Source: a virus | Lineage: Duplodnaviria > Caudoviricetes | Reading direction: 5' to 3' (one strand) | DNA length: 31,325 nucleotides | Virus record (IMG/VR): IMGVR_UViG_3300050143_000043 | Span: 1-31,325 of that record | Part shown: one piece after another, positions 6,949-15,495 of the stretch | Layout: each line of letters opens with the position of its first letter | How positions within the stretch are numbered: position 1 is the first letter of the stretch | Notes under the pieces: generated by a model | Databases searched by the model: none | What the model was told of the DNA's origin: nothing | Seen by the model: the letters and a program-made list of their open reading frames with translations, nothing else | Made by a program: the position numbers and the translations under genes

Positions 6949-7968
6949 TCAGGCCTGTGCGGCCAGTTCGTTGTCGCGCTTGGTCAAGGCTTCAAGCATC
7001 GAGGCCTTGTCTTCGCCTTCAGGCATGAGCTCGACTTCGTCGCCGATCAACTGCAGCGCTGCCAAGTCGGAGCAGTCTTCGACTTGCTTGAGGCCCGCCA
7101 CCAAATCAAAGGCTGCCGACTCATCGGCCAGCGCTGGCGCATCGGGGTTGATCTCTCCCGTGGCCATGTCCACCATGCCCATGTCGACCATTGGGTTGTC
7201 TTGAGGCAGGCCGATCTCGGCTTGCTCGTCCAGGCCAACGGCGCGGGCCATCTCGATGGATACGGGCAGGTACTTGAACAGACGGCGCACCACTGTCTTT
7301 TTCGCCATCTCCTCAAAGGCGCTGATCCATGGGCTGTCGGTCTTGCCGTACTTGATGGCTGTCTTGTAGCCCTGCGATTCGTTGCGGATGCGCTCGATCT
7401 CGGCGCGGCTCATCACATCGAACTGCACACCGCCGTCCTTGAGCTTTGCGACGGAGTAGACGAATGTGAGGGGGCCGCGATCAACTTTGTCCCAGGCTGG
7501 AATGTGGGTCAGGTTCGAATCCAGGCCCAACTGCACATGGAACTGGTCGGCCTCGTAGACGGCGCGGGCTTCCAGGCTGACGATCTGGCCAGAGCGGCGG
7601 GCCAAGTCGATCATGCCGCGATAGCCCACGATGAACTGCACCTCGGTGATGCCCTTGCGGCGGTTCTCAAAGGGCAGCAGGTAGGCGTGACCCAGGGCAC
7701 CACCGGGCTCCAGGCCCAACTGCGCGCACTGCATGATGGCGCCCAGGAAAGAGGCTTGATCCGAGTCGCCCAGCTTGGGGTTCTTGCGCACCTCGGTCAG
7801 GGCGATGCGCGCCAGGCGGTCGGCGGTCATGTGCTTGGGCAGGGCCAGGGCCATCTGCTTCTTCACGTTGTCGTCAGACAGCAGGCCTGCGATGGTCTTT
7901 GGCTTGTCGGCCTTGGTGGCGACGGCGGTGTTTTTGGTTGCGACGGCGCGCAGTGCTTGGGATGTCAT
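6949..7968 (-). CDS. recT: RecT-family single-strand annealing recombinase
   Basis: ALPKHMTADRLARIA, AQLGLEP, AYLLPF, FIVGYRGMIDLARRSG and EMAKKTVVRRLFKYLP. Confidence 0.95.
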   Translation of the reverse strand: MTSQALRAVATKNTAVATKADKPKTIAGLLSDDNVKKQMALALPKHMTADRLARIALTEVRKNPKLGDSDQASFLGAIMQCAQLGLEPGGALGHAYLLPFENRRKGITEVQFIVGYRGMIDLARRSGQIVSLEARAVYEADQFHVQLGLDSNLTHIPAWDKVDRGPLTFVYSVAKLKDGGVQFDVMSRAEIERIRNESQGYKTAIKYGKTDSPWISAFEEMAKKTVVRRLFKYLPVSIEMARAVGLDEQAEIGLPQDNPMVDMGMVDMATGEINPDAPALADESAAFDLVAGLKQVEDCSDLAALQLIGDEVELMPEGEDKASMLEALTKRDNELAAQA

Positions 7969-7974
7969 GACGGA

Positions 7975-8859
7975 TCACTCCTTGGTTGAAACGAGACGGA
8001 AATCCACGTAGGTCGTGGCGGGGTAGCTGATCGTTGCGGCCTTCTTGCTAATCAACTTGCGACGAAACTCTTTGCCGTCCGGGTAGACGAGGCGGGCTGC
8101 ATTGCCCATCTCGGCCAGCAAGTGGGCGCGGGCGCCCTCGATCACGCCCTCGTACTTGGCGGCCATCTCTTGCGCGGTCTGCATGACGGCGCGCCAGTGC
8201 TCGTGCATGGCCGTGGCCTCGATGGCGGTTCCATCGGTGCCTGGGTAGAGCTTTCGTAGGGTGTCCAGCGTCTTGCGGTCGCCGAAGTCCAGGGGCGGCT
8301 GCTTCTTGGGCTCGACGTACTTGGTCCAGAACTCAAAAGCCTGCTCGCGCATGGCGGCAATGGTTTCGTCGTCACGCTCGACGATGTAGGGCTTGAGGTC
8401 GTCGCCGATCAGGGCGAAGACGCGGGCGCGGTCGCGCTTGTGGATACCCAGGCCCCACTGCACTTGCGCGAGGTAATGCAGGGGCAGCTGGTCGGTTTCG
8501 TGGTCGCCCCATTCCTTGGCCTTGAAGGGGTGAACCGTCTTGATCTCGATGTTCTCGTCTGCCGTCTCGGCGTCGATCTCGGCCGCGAACATGGGAACTT
8601 CGGCGTCGATGTACCGCTCATTGCGGTTCACGATGACCAAGCCGTGTTCGGACTCGATCATGTCGATGATGTAGGGCTCAAGACGAGAGCCGCGGCGCTT
8701 GGCGGCCATGTTGCGGCCATCCTCCACCGGGGGCTTCATCTTGTCGATCCACAGGTCGGTGGCGGTCTTCCATGGGCTGATACCCAAGATGGCGGCGATG
8801 TCGCTGCCGCCGATGTATTTGCGGCGGTCGTGCGTGACGGGTTCGGCAATGGCGTTCAT
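7975..8859 (-). CDS. YqaJ-like viral recombinase/exonuclease
   Basis: RRKYIGGSDIAAILGISPW, G..LEP, EIKT and YLAQVQW; adjacent to recT; GAGG RBS before ATG 8859. Confidence 0.92.
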   Translation of the reverse strand: MNAIAEPVTHDRRKYIGGSDIAAILGISPWKTATDLWIDKMKPPVEDGRNMAAKRRGSRLEPYIIDMIESEHGLVIVNRNERYIDAEVPMFAAEIDAETADENIEIKTVHPFKAKEWGDHETDQLPLHYLAQVQWGLGIHKRDRARVFALIGDDLKPYIVERDDETIAAMREQAFEFWTKYVEPKKQPPLDFGDRKTLDTLRKLYPGTDGTAIEATAMHEHWRAVMQTAQEMAAKYEGVIEGARAHLLAEMGNAARLVYPDGKEFRRKLISKKAATISYPATTYVDFRLVSTKE

Positions 8860-8872
8860 GTTGTCCTCGGGC

Positions 8873-8992
8873 TCAGCCCATCGAATGAATGGCGGGCATG
8901 CCGGCCTCGATCCAGGCAATGGCTGCCAGGGCGACCAGCACGGCAAGGCCGGAGATCTCTTTCACTGCGGCAATCAGCTCGTCGGTGGTCAT
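8873..8992 (-). CDS. Small hydrophobic peptide (39 aa, MTTDELIAAVKEISGLAVLVALAAIAWIEAGMPAIHSMG)
   Basis: Read manually; fills the gap in the operon and has one hydrophobic segment. Confidence 0.5.
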   Translation of the reverse strand: MTTDELIAAVKEISGLAVLVALAAIAWIEAGMPAIHSMG

Positions 8993-9010
8993 GGGTTCGC
9001 GGGCCACGGC

Positions 9011-9229
9011 TCAGCCCTCCACGTGCTTGAGCACAGCCAGCAGCACCACGGCAGCCAGCAGGCAGGAATAGATGGCGCGGTCTTGCGTACCCCGGTCAGA
9101 GGGCGGGGCGCAGGCCAAGCGGGTGAACTGCAGGCCTGCAAGGCAGGCCAGGGTGCGCCACTGCACCAAGGCATTGCGCACGGCGCGGCGGCTCAGCACA
9201 TCGAGGCGGCGAAGGGTGGGGCGGTTCAT
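9011..9229 (-). CDS. Hypothetical protein with a hydrophobic C-terminus
   Basis: AGGAGG RBS; ATGA overlap with the upstream gene. Confidence 0.55.
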   Translation of the reverse strand: MNRPTLRRLDVLSRRAVRNALVQWRTLACLAGLQFTRLACAPPSDRGTQDRAIYSCLLAAVVLLAVLKHVEG

Positions 9230-9699
9230 GCGGCCTCCTTTCGTGACTTGCGTGGGGCACGGCTGCGCAAATCTGTGTGTCGACACGTCTGTGTGGATGC
9301 TCCGCCCTTGAGGTAGTCAGGATCTCCATGAGCGCCCATCAGATTGATGTGGCCCGACATGTCGCGGCTTATCTCGTCCGGGCTGGGCTCAAACAGGGCC
9401 AAGCCAAAGGCCTTGCCGATGCTCTCGGCATTACTTTTTGCAGCACCCATGGCGCCCTCAAGCTCAGCAATCCGGGCTTTCATCGCCTCGATGGTTTGCG
9501 CCTGCAAGGCGATCTGCTCAAGCGCATCCTCGCGCCACAAGATGCCGGGGACGTTTGGCGCCTTCAGGGCCATGCCCACCATGTCGCGCCACACGGCGGC
9601 GGCGAACTCTTCGGTGTTGACGATGGTGTCGCCCTCGGAATCAGCAAGGACCGCCAGCATTTCGGGCAAAGCCTCAATGGGAAGTAGGGCGAGCGTCAT
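9226..9699 (-). CDS. Hypothetical phage protein (coiled-coil segment)
   Basis: 157 aa; ATGA overlaps at both ends. Confidence 0.65.
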   Translation of the reverse strand: MTLALLPIEALPEMLAVLADSEGDTIVNTEEFAAAVWRDMVGMALKAPNVPGILWREDALEQIALQAQTIEAMKARIAELEGAMGAAKSNAESIGKAFGLALFEPSPDEISRDMSGHINLMGAHGDPDYLKGGASTQTCRHTDLRSRAPRKSRKEAA

Positions 9700-9956
9700 G
9701 CCGACACCCCGAACCTGTGCTCAGCGGCCACACTCACAGCCTCTTGGCCAATGAACTCGAACAAGTCCGAGTCGGCGCGCTTGAGCATCTCCATCGCCTT
9801 CTTGCTGTCGATGCCTTCAAGCAAGTTGGCCAGCGCTTCGACGAGTTGGTCGTCGCTCACTTCGACCTCAATCTCCAGCGTGGGAGCTTGCGAGGCCAGA
9901 TGACGAGGCGTGATCGTGGTGATGGCGCGGCATGGCACGCAGATGGCGCGGCTCAT
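9696..9956 (-). CDS. Hypothetical phage protein
   Basis: 86 aa from ATG 9956; ATGA overlaps. Confidence 0.65.
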   Translation of the reverse strand: MSRAICVPCRAITTITPRHLASQAPTLEIEVEVSDDQLVEALANLLEGIDSKKAMEMLKRADSDLFEFIGQEAVSVAAEHRFGVSA

Positions 9957-10300
9957 GCCGTCACCCCGCAAGCCTTGGCGGCAGCGTTGAAAGCCAAGCG
10001 ATTCAGGCGGGCACGGTCACCGCACACGATGCGGCCGGTGCTGTCTGGGGCGTGCCACAGACCCAGCGACGAAGCCTTGATGCCCGAAGCGCAGGCGTAG
10101 CCCTTGGGCATGCGCTCCACGCCACGCTTGATGTCAGCGGCGCGGTACGAGTTAACCGGCACCCGGTCGATGATCTCCAGCGAGTCAACCGCATAGACGT
10201 ACACGTCGTCGTGGTTGTAGGCCGGAATCAGCACGTCCGCAGGGATGCTCGCCAGGGTGGCGATCAGTGCGGCGGCGAGGTTGTTGTCTGCGTGTCCCAT
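9953..10300 (-). CDS. Hypothetical protein, first gene of the pL operon
   Basis: 115 aa from ATG 10300 (AGGTG RBS), directly downstream of the predicted pL. Confidence 0.65.
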   Translation of the reverse strand: MGHADNNLAAALIATLASIPADVLIPAYNHDDVYVYAVDSLEIIDRVPVNSYRAADIKRGVERMPKGYACASGIKASSLGLWHAPDSTGRIVCGDRARLNRLAFNAAAKACGVTA

Positions 10301-10331
10301 CTTGTGCACCTGTTGGTGTGTCGATGGGTGA

Positions 10332-10360
10332 AGTATGCACGATGCATAACCACAATGCAA
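10332..10360 (-). promoter_or_regulatory. pL-like sigma70 promoter
   Basis: Minus strand TTGCAT (10360-10355), 17-bp spacer, CATACT (10337-10332); overlaps the OL operators. Confidence 0.7.
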
Positions 10361-10372
10361 GCAGTATGCATA
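10334..10372. promoter_or_regulatory. OL operators (two 15-bp sites)
   Basis: Palindromic TATGCA-CGA-TGCATA (10334-10348) and CAAGCA-GTA-TGCATA (10358-10372), 24 bp apart; same motif as OR. Confidence 0.8.
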
Positions 10373-10417
10373 ACACAGCGCAAGATTAGATCAAGTGATC
10401 TAAAAATGCATGGGCGC

Positions 10418-10442
10418 AAAAAAGCCCGCTCGGGGCGGGCTT
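10418..10442 (-). terminator. Rho-independent terminator ending the cI-lipoprotein transcript
   Basis: Minus strand AAGCCCGC-CCCGA-GCGGGCTT-TTTT. Confidence 0.8.
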
Positions 10443-10571
10443 GGTGGCAGTGTGTGGCGGTCAGCTGAACAGAGATCTCAGCCAGTCAACCGCAGCGGCC
10501 AGGCAGGCCAGCGCCAGCAGGCGCGGCATAAGCCAGTGCATCAATCTGTACAGGGATCGGGGCATGGAAAC

Positions 10572-11204
10572 TCAAAGGGCAGGGGGTGTCGCTTTGTTTT
10601 GAGGCAGGTCAAACATGCCCACAAGCTGGACTGCGTGAGCGGTGCCGCCCGCGCTGTTTGGGTAATCAAAGCGCCCAATGACGACGCCACAGAATCGGGC
10701 TCGGCTTCTGTCGACCAATTCACCCGTGCTGCCAATCGCAACGAAGCGATATATTTTACTGGACTCGCCAAACATGCCGCCAATAAAGAACTTGTCCCCG
10801 TTGAATTCTTCGGCTGCAATTTCAATGATCGAGCCAGAGGTGCAAATTCTTTTGCCCCTCTCTTGCTCTGAGTCTTTCATTACCAAAGCCACCTTTGTTT
10901 GAGGCAGCTTCTGAAGCTCATCCCATTTCAATCGTTTGGCACCCCAAGATGCGAGCACAGCAGCGCCAGGGCTCAAATTGCCGTGCTCATCTGAAAACAT
11001 GGGGGCAAGGGCGGCCACGGCTTCGTCCAAGCTGGCCCATTCGCGTTTTGGCTCCACCTTGGGGGCTTCTGCTTCTGTAGCCTGTGGTGCGGTGGCCTGC
11101 GGTGCATTCGAAGCTTCCTCATGTTTCGAGCAAGCACCAAGCCCAAGAGTGAAGGCTAATCCAATCGCAGTCAATGCTACCTGGTAACTCCCTGACCTAC
11201 TCAT
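10572..11204 (-). CDS. Lipoprotein in the immunity region (candidate superinfection exclusion or lysogenic conversion)
   Basis: Hydrophobic leader ending in lipobox LGAC, then an Ala/Pro linker; visibly more AT-rich than its flanks; downstream of cI. Confidence 0.8.
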   Translation of the reverse strand: MSRSGSYQVALTAIGLAFTLGLGACSKHEEASNAPQATAPQATEAEAPKVEPKREWASLDEAVAALAPMFSDEHGNLSPGAAVLASWGAKRLKWDELQKLPQTKVALVMKDSEQERGKRICTSGSIIEIAAEEFNGDKFFIGGMFGESSKIYRFVAIGSTGELVDRSRARFCGVVIGRFDYPNSAGGTAHAVQLVGMFDLPQNKATPPAL

Positions 11205-11417
11205 AAACCCTCACCTTTCCTGATTAACAAATATTTAACGAATTTCTGACACCCACATGTTTGCGGGGTGCTCATTCCCTCTTGAGGGGGATGACTTGCG
11301 CCATGCGCAAAGGATCTGAAAAAACCGGCTCAGATCTAATACTTGTGGAAAATCTCGCAAAGACAAGGATCTTGGCTGACTTGTAACCTGTGGTGGGGCG
11401 TATATCGCCCAAACCAT

Positions 11418-11927
11418 TCAGGCTGCGTTTTTCCTGTCGGTGAGGGTTCCCCCCAACGTTCTAGATTTATCAGTTTCTGGATGCCTGCTTGCCATATTTG
11501 CCAGATATTCAAGCTGTGCCCTGGCCTGCTCGGCTCGCCCTGGATCGCCAGGGTCATCAATCACATACCTGAGCGCAGTGATCGCCGTCTCCAGCTGCAA
11601 CCCCGAGAGGTTGCCCAGCAAACGCGAAATGTGATCGGGCAGGTCGCCAAGTGAAACGGGCTCAGCCTTGGTGATGACAACCACCCCTTTGGGCTCATCC
11701 ATCCAGCCCAGGGGCTTGTCCATGACCTTCTCAAGCTTGGTGGCCAAGTCGTCGCCGACGTTACGGGCGCCGCTGGTCATGGCGCTGATGTGTGACTTCG
11801 GTGTGCCGGCAAGAAGCGCAAGCTTGGTCACTCCACCAGCTTCTTCTGCAAGCTCGGACAGGCGCAAGCGACGGCTCACCCTAAACGGGCGCTCCGTAGG
11901 CTCTTGCTCCATGTCGCTTTTATCCAT
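11418..11927 (-). CDS. CI-like HTH repressor with no recognisable S24 peptidase domain
   Basis: HTH region GGVTKLALLAGTPKSHISAMTSGARNVGDDLATKLE..PLGWMD; divergent from cro across the operators. Confidence 0.85.
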   Translation of the reverse strand: MDKSDMEQEPTERPFRVSRRLRLSELAEEAGGVTKLALLAGTPKSHISAMTSGARNVGDDLATKLEKVMDKPLGWMDEPKGVVVITKAEPVSLGDLPDHISRLLGNLSGLQLETAITALRYVIDDPGDPGRAEQARAQLEYLANMASRHPETDKSRTLGGTLTDRKNAA

Positions 11928-11937
11928 GTCTTAACTC

Positions 11938-12000
11938 TATGCGACTTGCATAACGTGGAGTTGCGCAGTATGCTTCGGCCTAAGTTGCGCAAAGTGCATA
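11938..12000. promoter_or_regulatory. OR operators (three 15-bp sites) overlapping a pR-like promoter
   Basis: TATGCG-ACT-TGCATA (11938), TGCGCA-GTA-TGCTTC (11962) and TGCGCA-AAG-TGCATA (11986), at an exact 24-bp period; pR is TTGCAT (11946)-17 bp-TATGCT (11969). Confidence 0.8.
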
Positions 12001-12002
12001 CC

Positions 12003-12266
12003 ATGGACCTCAAAACCTACATCAACTCTCTGCCCCGTGGCGGCGCCGCGGCTCTCGCCGGGAAGCTGTCCATCACACCCGTCTACTTGTCTCAACTGAC
12101 GACGAGGCAAGACGGCCGCAAACCATCGCCCGAACTGTGTGTGTCGATCGAGACCGAGACGCAAGGCGCCGTTCGTCGCCAAGACCTGCGCCCGGACGAC
12201 TGGAGCCGCATCTGGCCCGAGCTCATCGGCCAACAGATGTCGGCGCAAGCACAAGGGCAGGGCTGA
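12003..12266 (+). CDS. Cro-like (YdaS family) regulator
   Basis: 87 aa; GGAAALAGKL..YLSQL and IETETQGAVRRQDLRPDDWSRIWPEL. Confidence 0.88.
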   Translation: MDLKTYINSLPRGGAAALAGKLSITPVYLSQLTTRQDGRKPSPELCVSIETETQGAVRRQDLRPDDWSRIWPELIGQQMSAQAQGQG

Positions 12267-12414
12267 GCCATGCGCAGCGCGCAGCACCGCCCCAAAGCCA
12301 TACGCGCCTCCCTGGCGCCTATTGGCTTGATGACCCCATTTCGTTCTTCGGCTTTTCATAAGCCGGATTGAGCTCTTTTTTTGCCTCCATGCGATAGGAA
12401 ACCAGGGGAAAGCA

Positions 12415-12810
12415 ATGGAAACCATTCGACAGATGCCACCCACGCAGCGCGAGTTGTACCCGTGTGCCGTCGTTCCTGCGCCTCATATGGCCCCGCTTGA
12501 GTTCATCGCTCAGGCCTCGTGGGCTGGTGTGCTGCGCTACTGCGTACAGCGCTGCGGCTCGGACGACTACGAGATCGCCGACAAGCTGGCCATCAGCCAC
12601 GGCTACATGGCCAAGGTGCTCAAGGGCACGGCCCAGCTGGCAGGTCAGCGCCTGACCCGCTTCATGGAGATCACGCAGTGCGTGGCACCCGTGCAGTGGC
12701 AGGCCTATCACGTGGGCGCCGATCTGGTCATGCGTGACCCGGCCGCCGCTCGTATCCATGCGCTGGAGGCTGAGATCGCCAAGCTGCGCGAGGGGAGGGT
12801 CGCAGCATGA
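12415..12810 (+). CDS. HTH regulator in the CII position
   Basis: DYEIADKLAISHGYMAKVLKG HTH plus a C-terminal coiled coil; follows cro. Confidence 0.7.
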   Translation: METIRQMPPTQRELYPCAVVPAPHMAPLEFIAQASWAGVLRYCVQRCGSDDYEIADKLAISHGYMAKVLKGTAQLAGQRLTRFMEITQCVAPVQWQAYHVGADLVMRDPAAARIHALEAEIAKLREGRVAA

Positions 12811-13103
12811 GCAAGCCCAAACCCTCAGTCATCCGCCTGTCCGACGACGGCCACTGGTGCATCTGCCACAAGTCCTTGCACCTGCTGGCCAAGCTGCCAG
12901 CGCTGCCCCTGCGCCTCAAGGGCCCAGGCATCGACGCCGTGCGCGACTTCGTGCAACTGAGCATCGGCGGCGGCCAGTTCCTGGCTGATGTCATCACGGG
13001 CACGATCTACGACCGCACGGGCGAGCACAACAACAACGCCCAGCTGCGCGTGCTGTACGTGCCCGAAGTGTGGCCTTCGAAGGTTGCCGAGGTGAGTGCA
13101 TGA
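12807..13103 (+). CDS. Hypothetical phage protein
   Basis: 98 aa; ATGA overlaps at both ends. Confidence 0.65.
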   Translation: MSKPKPSVIRLSDDGHWCICHKSLHLLAKLPALPLRLKGPGIDAVRDFVQLSIGGGQFLADVITGTIYDRTGEHNNNAQLRVLYVPEVWPSKVAEVSA

Positions 13104-14764
13104 GCGCAGTCCTCGACGCCGAATTCGATCTGGTCGACGACACCAGCGCCTTCTTTGCCCCCGTCTCGTCCGACCTGATCGACAGCCTGATTGGTCAGTA
13201 CGAGCAGATGCGCGTGAGGGTCGAGCGCGTGGCCGAGATCATGAGTGGCCCCGACATGGATGGGGCGCTGCATTATTTTGCCGAGCACGCAGCCGCGCAG
13301 GACCACCATCTCTCTCGCACAACTGTCAGCAGGATGTTCGATCTGACGGGCGCCATCGCCCATCTGAACGCCGCGTTCTGGTCCAAGGCCATGCAGCTGA
13401 CCGATGTGCTGGATGCCATGCCGCAGCAACGCCGCAATGAGTGGAACGAGTCGATCAGGAACCCGCTGGGCGTCAAAAAAGAGCGCTCCAACAGCGAATG
13501 GGTGACGCCACCCATCCCTGAGTTCACCGACGAAAACGTGCGCTCGACCCTCAAGGGACTGTTGCTCCAGCGCGAGACGTTCTTTGCTGAGCGTGTTGAC
13601 GGCATCTTTCGCGGCCTGTCAAAGTCCCACATCACCAACGCCCCCGAGGGCTTCGGCAAGCGCATGATCATCGCGCGCGCCGTGAACGAGTGGGGTTCTG
13701 TCGAGCACGGCACCGCTGGCGTGATCAACGATCTACGCTGCGTGATCGCCAAGTTCATGGGCCGAGACGAGCCCAAGTGGGATGCCAGCAGCGCCGTTGT
13801 GCGCTTTGCGCGTGGTCGCCGCGGTGAGTGGATCGACCTCGACGGTGGCGCCATCCGCATTCGCGTCTATGCCATCGGCACCGCCCATCTGGAGGTGCAC
13901 CCGGACATGGCTTGGCGCCTGAACTGCGTGCTGGCGCAGCTGTACCCCGCCGCAATCCCCTCACAGTTCCGCGAGCGCCCCAAGAAGAAGGCCAAGGCCT
14001 ACAAGCTGATCGGCCGCCCGCTGCCGTTCGCTGTGCTGGCGAGCCTGGGCGCGGTCGAGCCTGCGCGAGACCTGAACCCGGATCACGGCTATCGCAAGGA
14101 CACATGGGTCAAGGTGCCCGGCTGCTGGGACTTCAAGTCATCCAGCCGAGCCGCTCAGGTGCAGGCCGAGGCCGACCGGATCATGGAGAGCATCGGCGGC
14201 ACCAAGGTGCGCGAGCTTCGCTGGGCATTCGACTACGACCCCACCGAGGTGCTGCAAGAGATCTGCGCCAGTGGCTGCGTGCCTGACCAGAAGGCCCACC
14301 AGTTCTATCCCACGCCCGAGCGCCTGGCCCGCATCGCTGTGGACATGGCTGACATCGAAGAGCAGCACACATGCCTGGAGCCTAGCGCTGGCATGGGTGG
14401 GCTGGCTGACATGATGAAGCAGGCTTCGGCGTGGACTCACTGCGTCGAGGTCTCCCCACTGCACTGCAAGGTGCTGGAAGCGAAAGAGCACAGCGTCACG
14501 CAAGCCGACTTCTTGGCTTGGGCTGGTCATCCCGTCGATCGCATCGTCATGAACCCACCATTCAGCGAAGGCCGCTGGCAGGCGCACGTGCAGCACGCGG
14601 CATCTCTGGTGCGTCCTGGCGGCAAACTGGTGGCCATCCTCCCGGCCAGTGCTAAGGGCAAAGACCTGCTGCCGAGCTTTGACTGCGCTTGGCATGGCCC
14701 CTTTGACAACGAGTTCCCGGGCACGAGCGTCAGCGTCGTGATCTTGAAGGCGGAGGCAGCATGA
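13100..14764 (+). CDS. DUF4942-like protein with a C-terminal amino-(N6A-type) methyltransferase domain
   Basis: QFYPTP, LEPSAGMGGL (SAM binding), IVMNPPF (catalytic) and LVAILP; ATG 13100 overlaps the upstream stop. Confidence 0.85.
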   Translation: MSAVLDAEFDLVDDTSAFFAPVSSDLIDSLIGQYEQMRVRVERVAEIMSGPDMDGALHYFAEHAAAQDHHLSRTTVSRMFDLTGAIAHLNAAFWSKAMQLTDVLDAMPQQRRNEWNESIRNPLGVKKERSNSEWVTPPIPEFTDENVRSTLKGLLLQRETFFAERVDGIFRGLSKSHITNAPEGFGKRMIIARAVNEWGSVEHGTAGVINDLRCVIAKFMGRDEPKWDASSAVVRFARGRRGEWIDLDGGAIRIRVYAIGTAHLEVHPDMAWRLNCVLAQLYPAAIPSQFRERPKKKAKAYKLIGRPLPFAVLASLGAVEPARDLNPDHGYRKDTWVKVPGCWDFKSSSRAAQVQAEADRIMESIGGTKVRELRWAFDYDPTEVLQEICASGCVPDQKAHQFYPTPERLARIAVDMADIEEQHTCLEPSAGMGGLADMMKQASAWTHCVEVSPLHCKVLEAKEHSVTQADFLAWAGHPVDRIVMNPPFSEGRWQAHVQHAASLVRPGGKLVAILPASAKGKDLLPSFDCAWHGPFDNEFPGTSVSVVILKAEAA

Positions 14765-15495
14765 CCAACACAACGCAGCAACTCAGCCTGCTCAACCTAG
14801 GCCGGCCAGCGCAATTCGATTGGGACCGGCACTACCGCGAAGCCGAAAGGCGCGTGCAACCCGTCGACCCATCCGAGCACATCGACCTGAGCAACGCCAA
14901 CCAGTCATCGAGCGCGATGACGCTGGAAAACACCCTGATCCTCATGGCCTGCAGCGCGACCAAGCGCCCGCTGCCTGAGGGGCAGTGCTCCATGCCACTC
15001 ATGGAGATGTACGACGGCCCAATGTGGCAGACCCTGCGCACCCGCCTGGGTGAGCGCCACGCCCGTGTGGTGGTGCTGTCTGGCAAGTTCGGGATCATCG
15101 GTGCCAGCGCGCATTGGGCACCCTACGAGGCCCGCATCAGCCCGCAGAAGGCCGATCACCTGATTCGCCGCGGCCTGCTGGAGCGCCAGGACTGGTTTGG
15201 TGAGTTGCCAGAGCTGACCACCTCACCGCTGAGCGACCTCAAGTGTCCGACGACCCGCATCAACTCTCCCGAGCCTTTCCGCCCGTTGCCATGGCAAGGC
15301 GTGATCGTCGCAGCCGGTGGCGAATATCGCCGGGTGTTCATGGCCTTGCTGCGCCAGCTGCAGCAGTGGGGAGACCTGGCACCCGACGCCGCGATCCTGG
15401 CCACGCGCGGCGGTATCGGTGAACAGCGCTCGCAGCTGGGCGCCTGGGTCAGCCAAATCGCTGGCGACGAGTTGAAGGAGGCGCAAGCAGCATGA
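14761..15495 (+). CDS. DUF6884/YaaA-like domain protein
   Basis: ILMACSATK..MEMYDGPMW..VLSGKFGII..AGGEY..GIGEQ pattern; ATGA overlaps. Confidence 0.65.
   Translation: MTNTTQQLSLLNLGRPAQFDWDRHYREAERRVQPVDPSEHIDLSNANQSSSAMTLENTLILMACSATKRPLPEGQCSMPLMEMYDGPMWQTLRTRLGERHARVVVLSGKFGIIGASAHWAPYEARISPQKADHLIRRGLLERQDWFGELPELTTSPLSDLKCPTTRINSPEPFRPLPWQGVIVAAGGEYRRVFMALLRQLQQWGDLAPDAAILATRGGIGEQRSQLGAWVSQIAGDELKEAQAA

Noticed and set aside
7163-7192. 15-bp tandem duplication in recT (MVDMGMVDMA)
   Set aside because: Short in-frame duplication in the variable C-terminal linker; no sign of function.
5920-7989. 689-aa plus-strand ORF
   Set aside because: Antisense shadow of recT and the Rmf-like gene, expected from high GC codon bias; no recognisable motifs.
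11235-11417. 60-aa ORF immediately after cI
   Set aside because: No motif and no clear RBS; cannot be distinguished from intergenic sequence.
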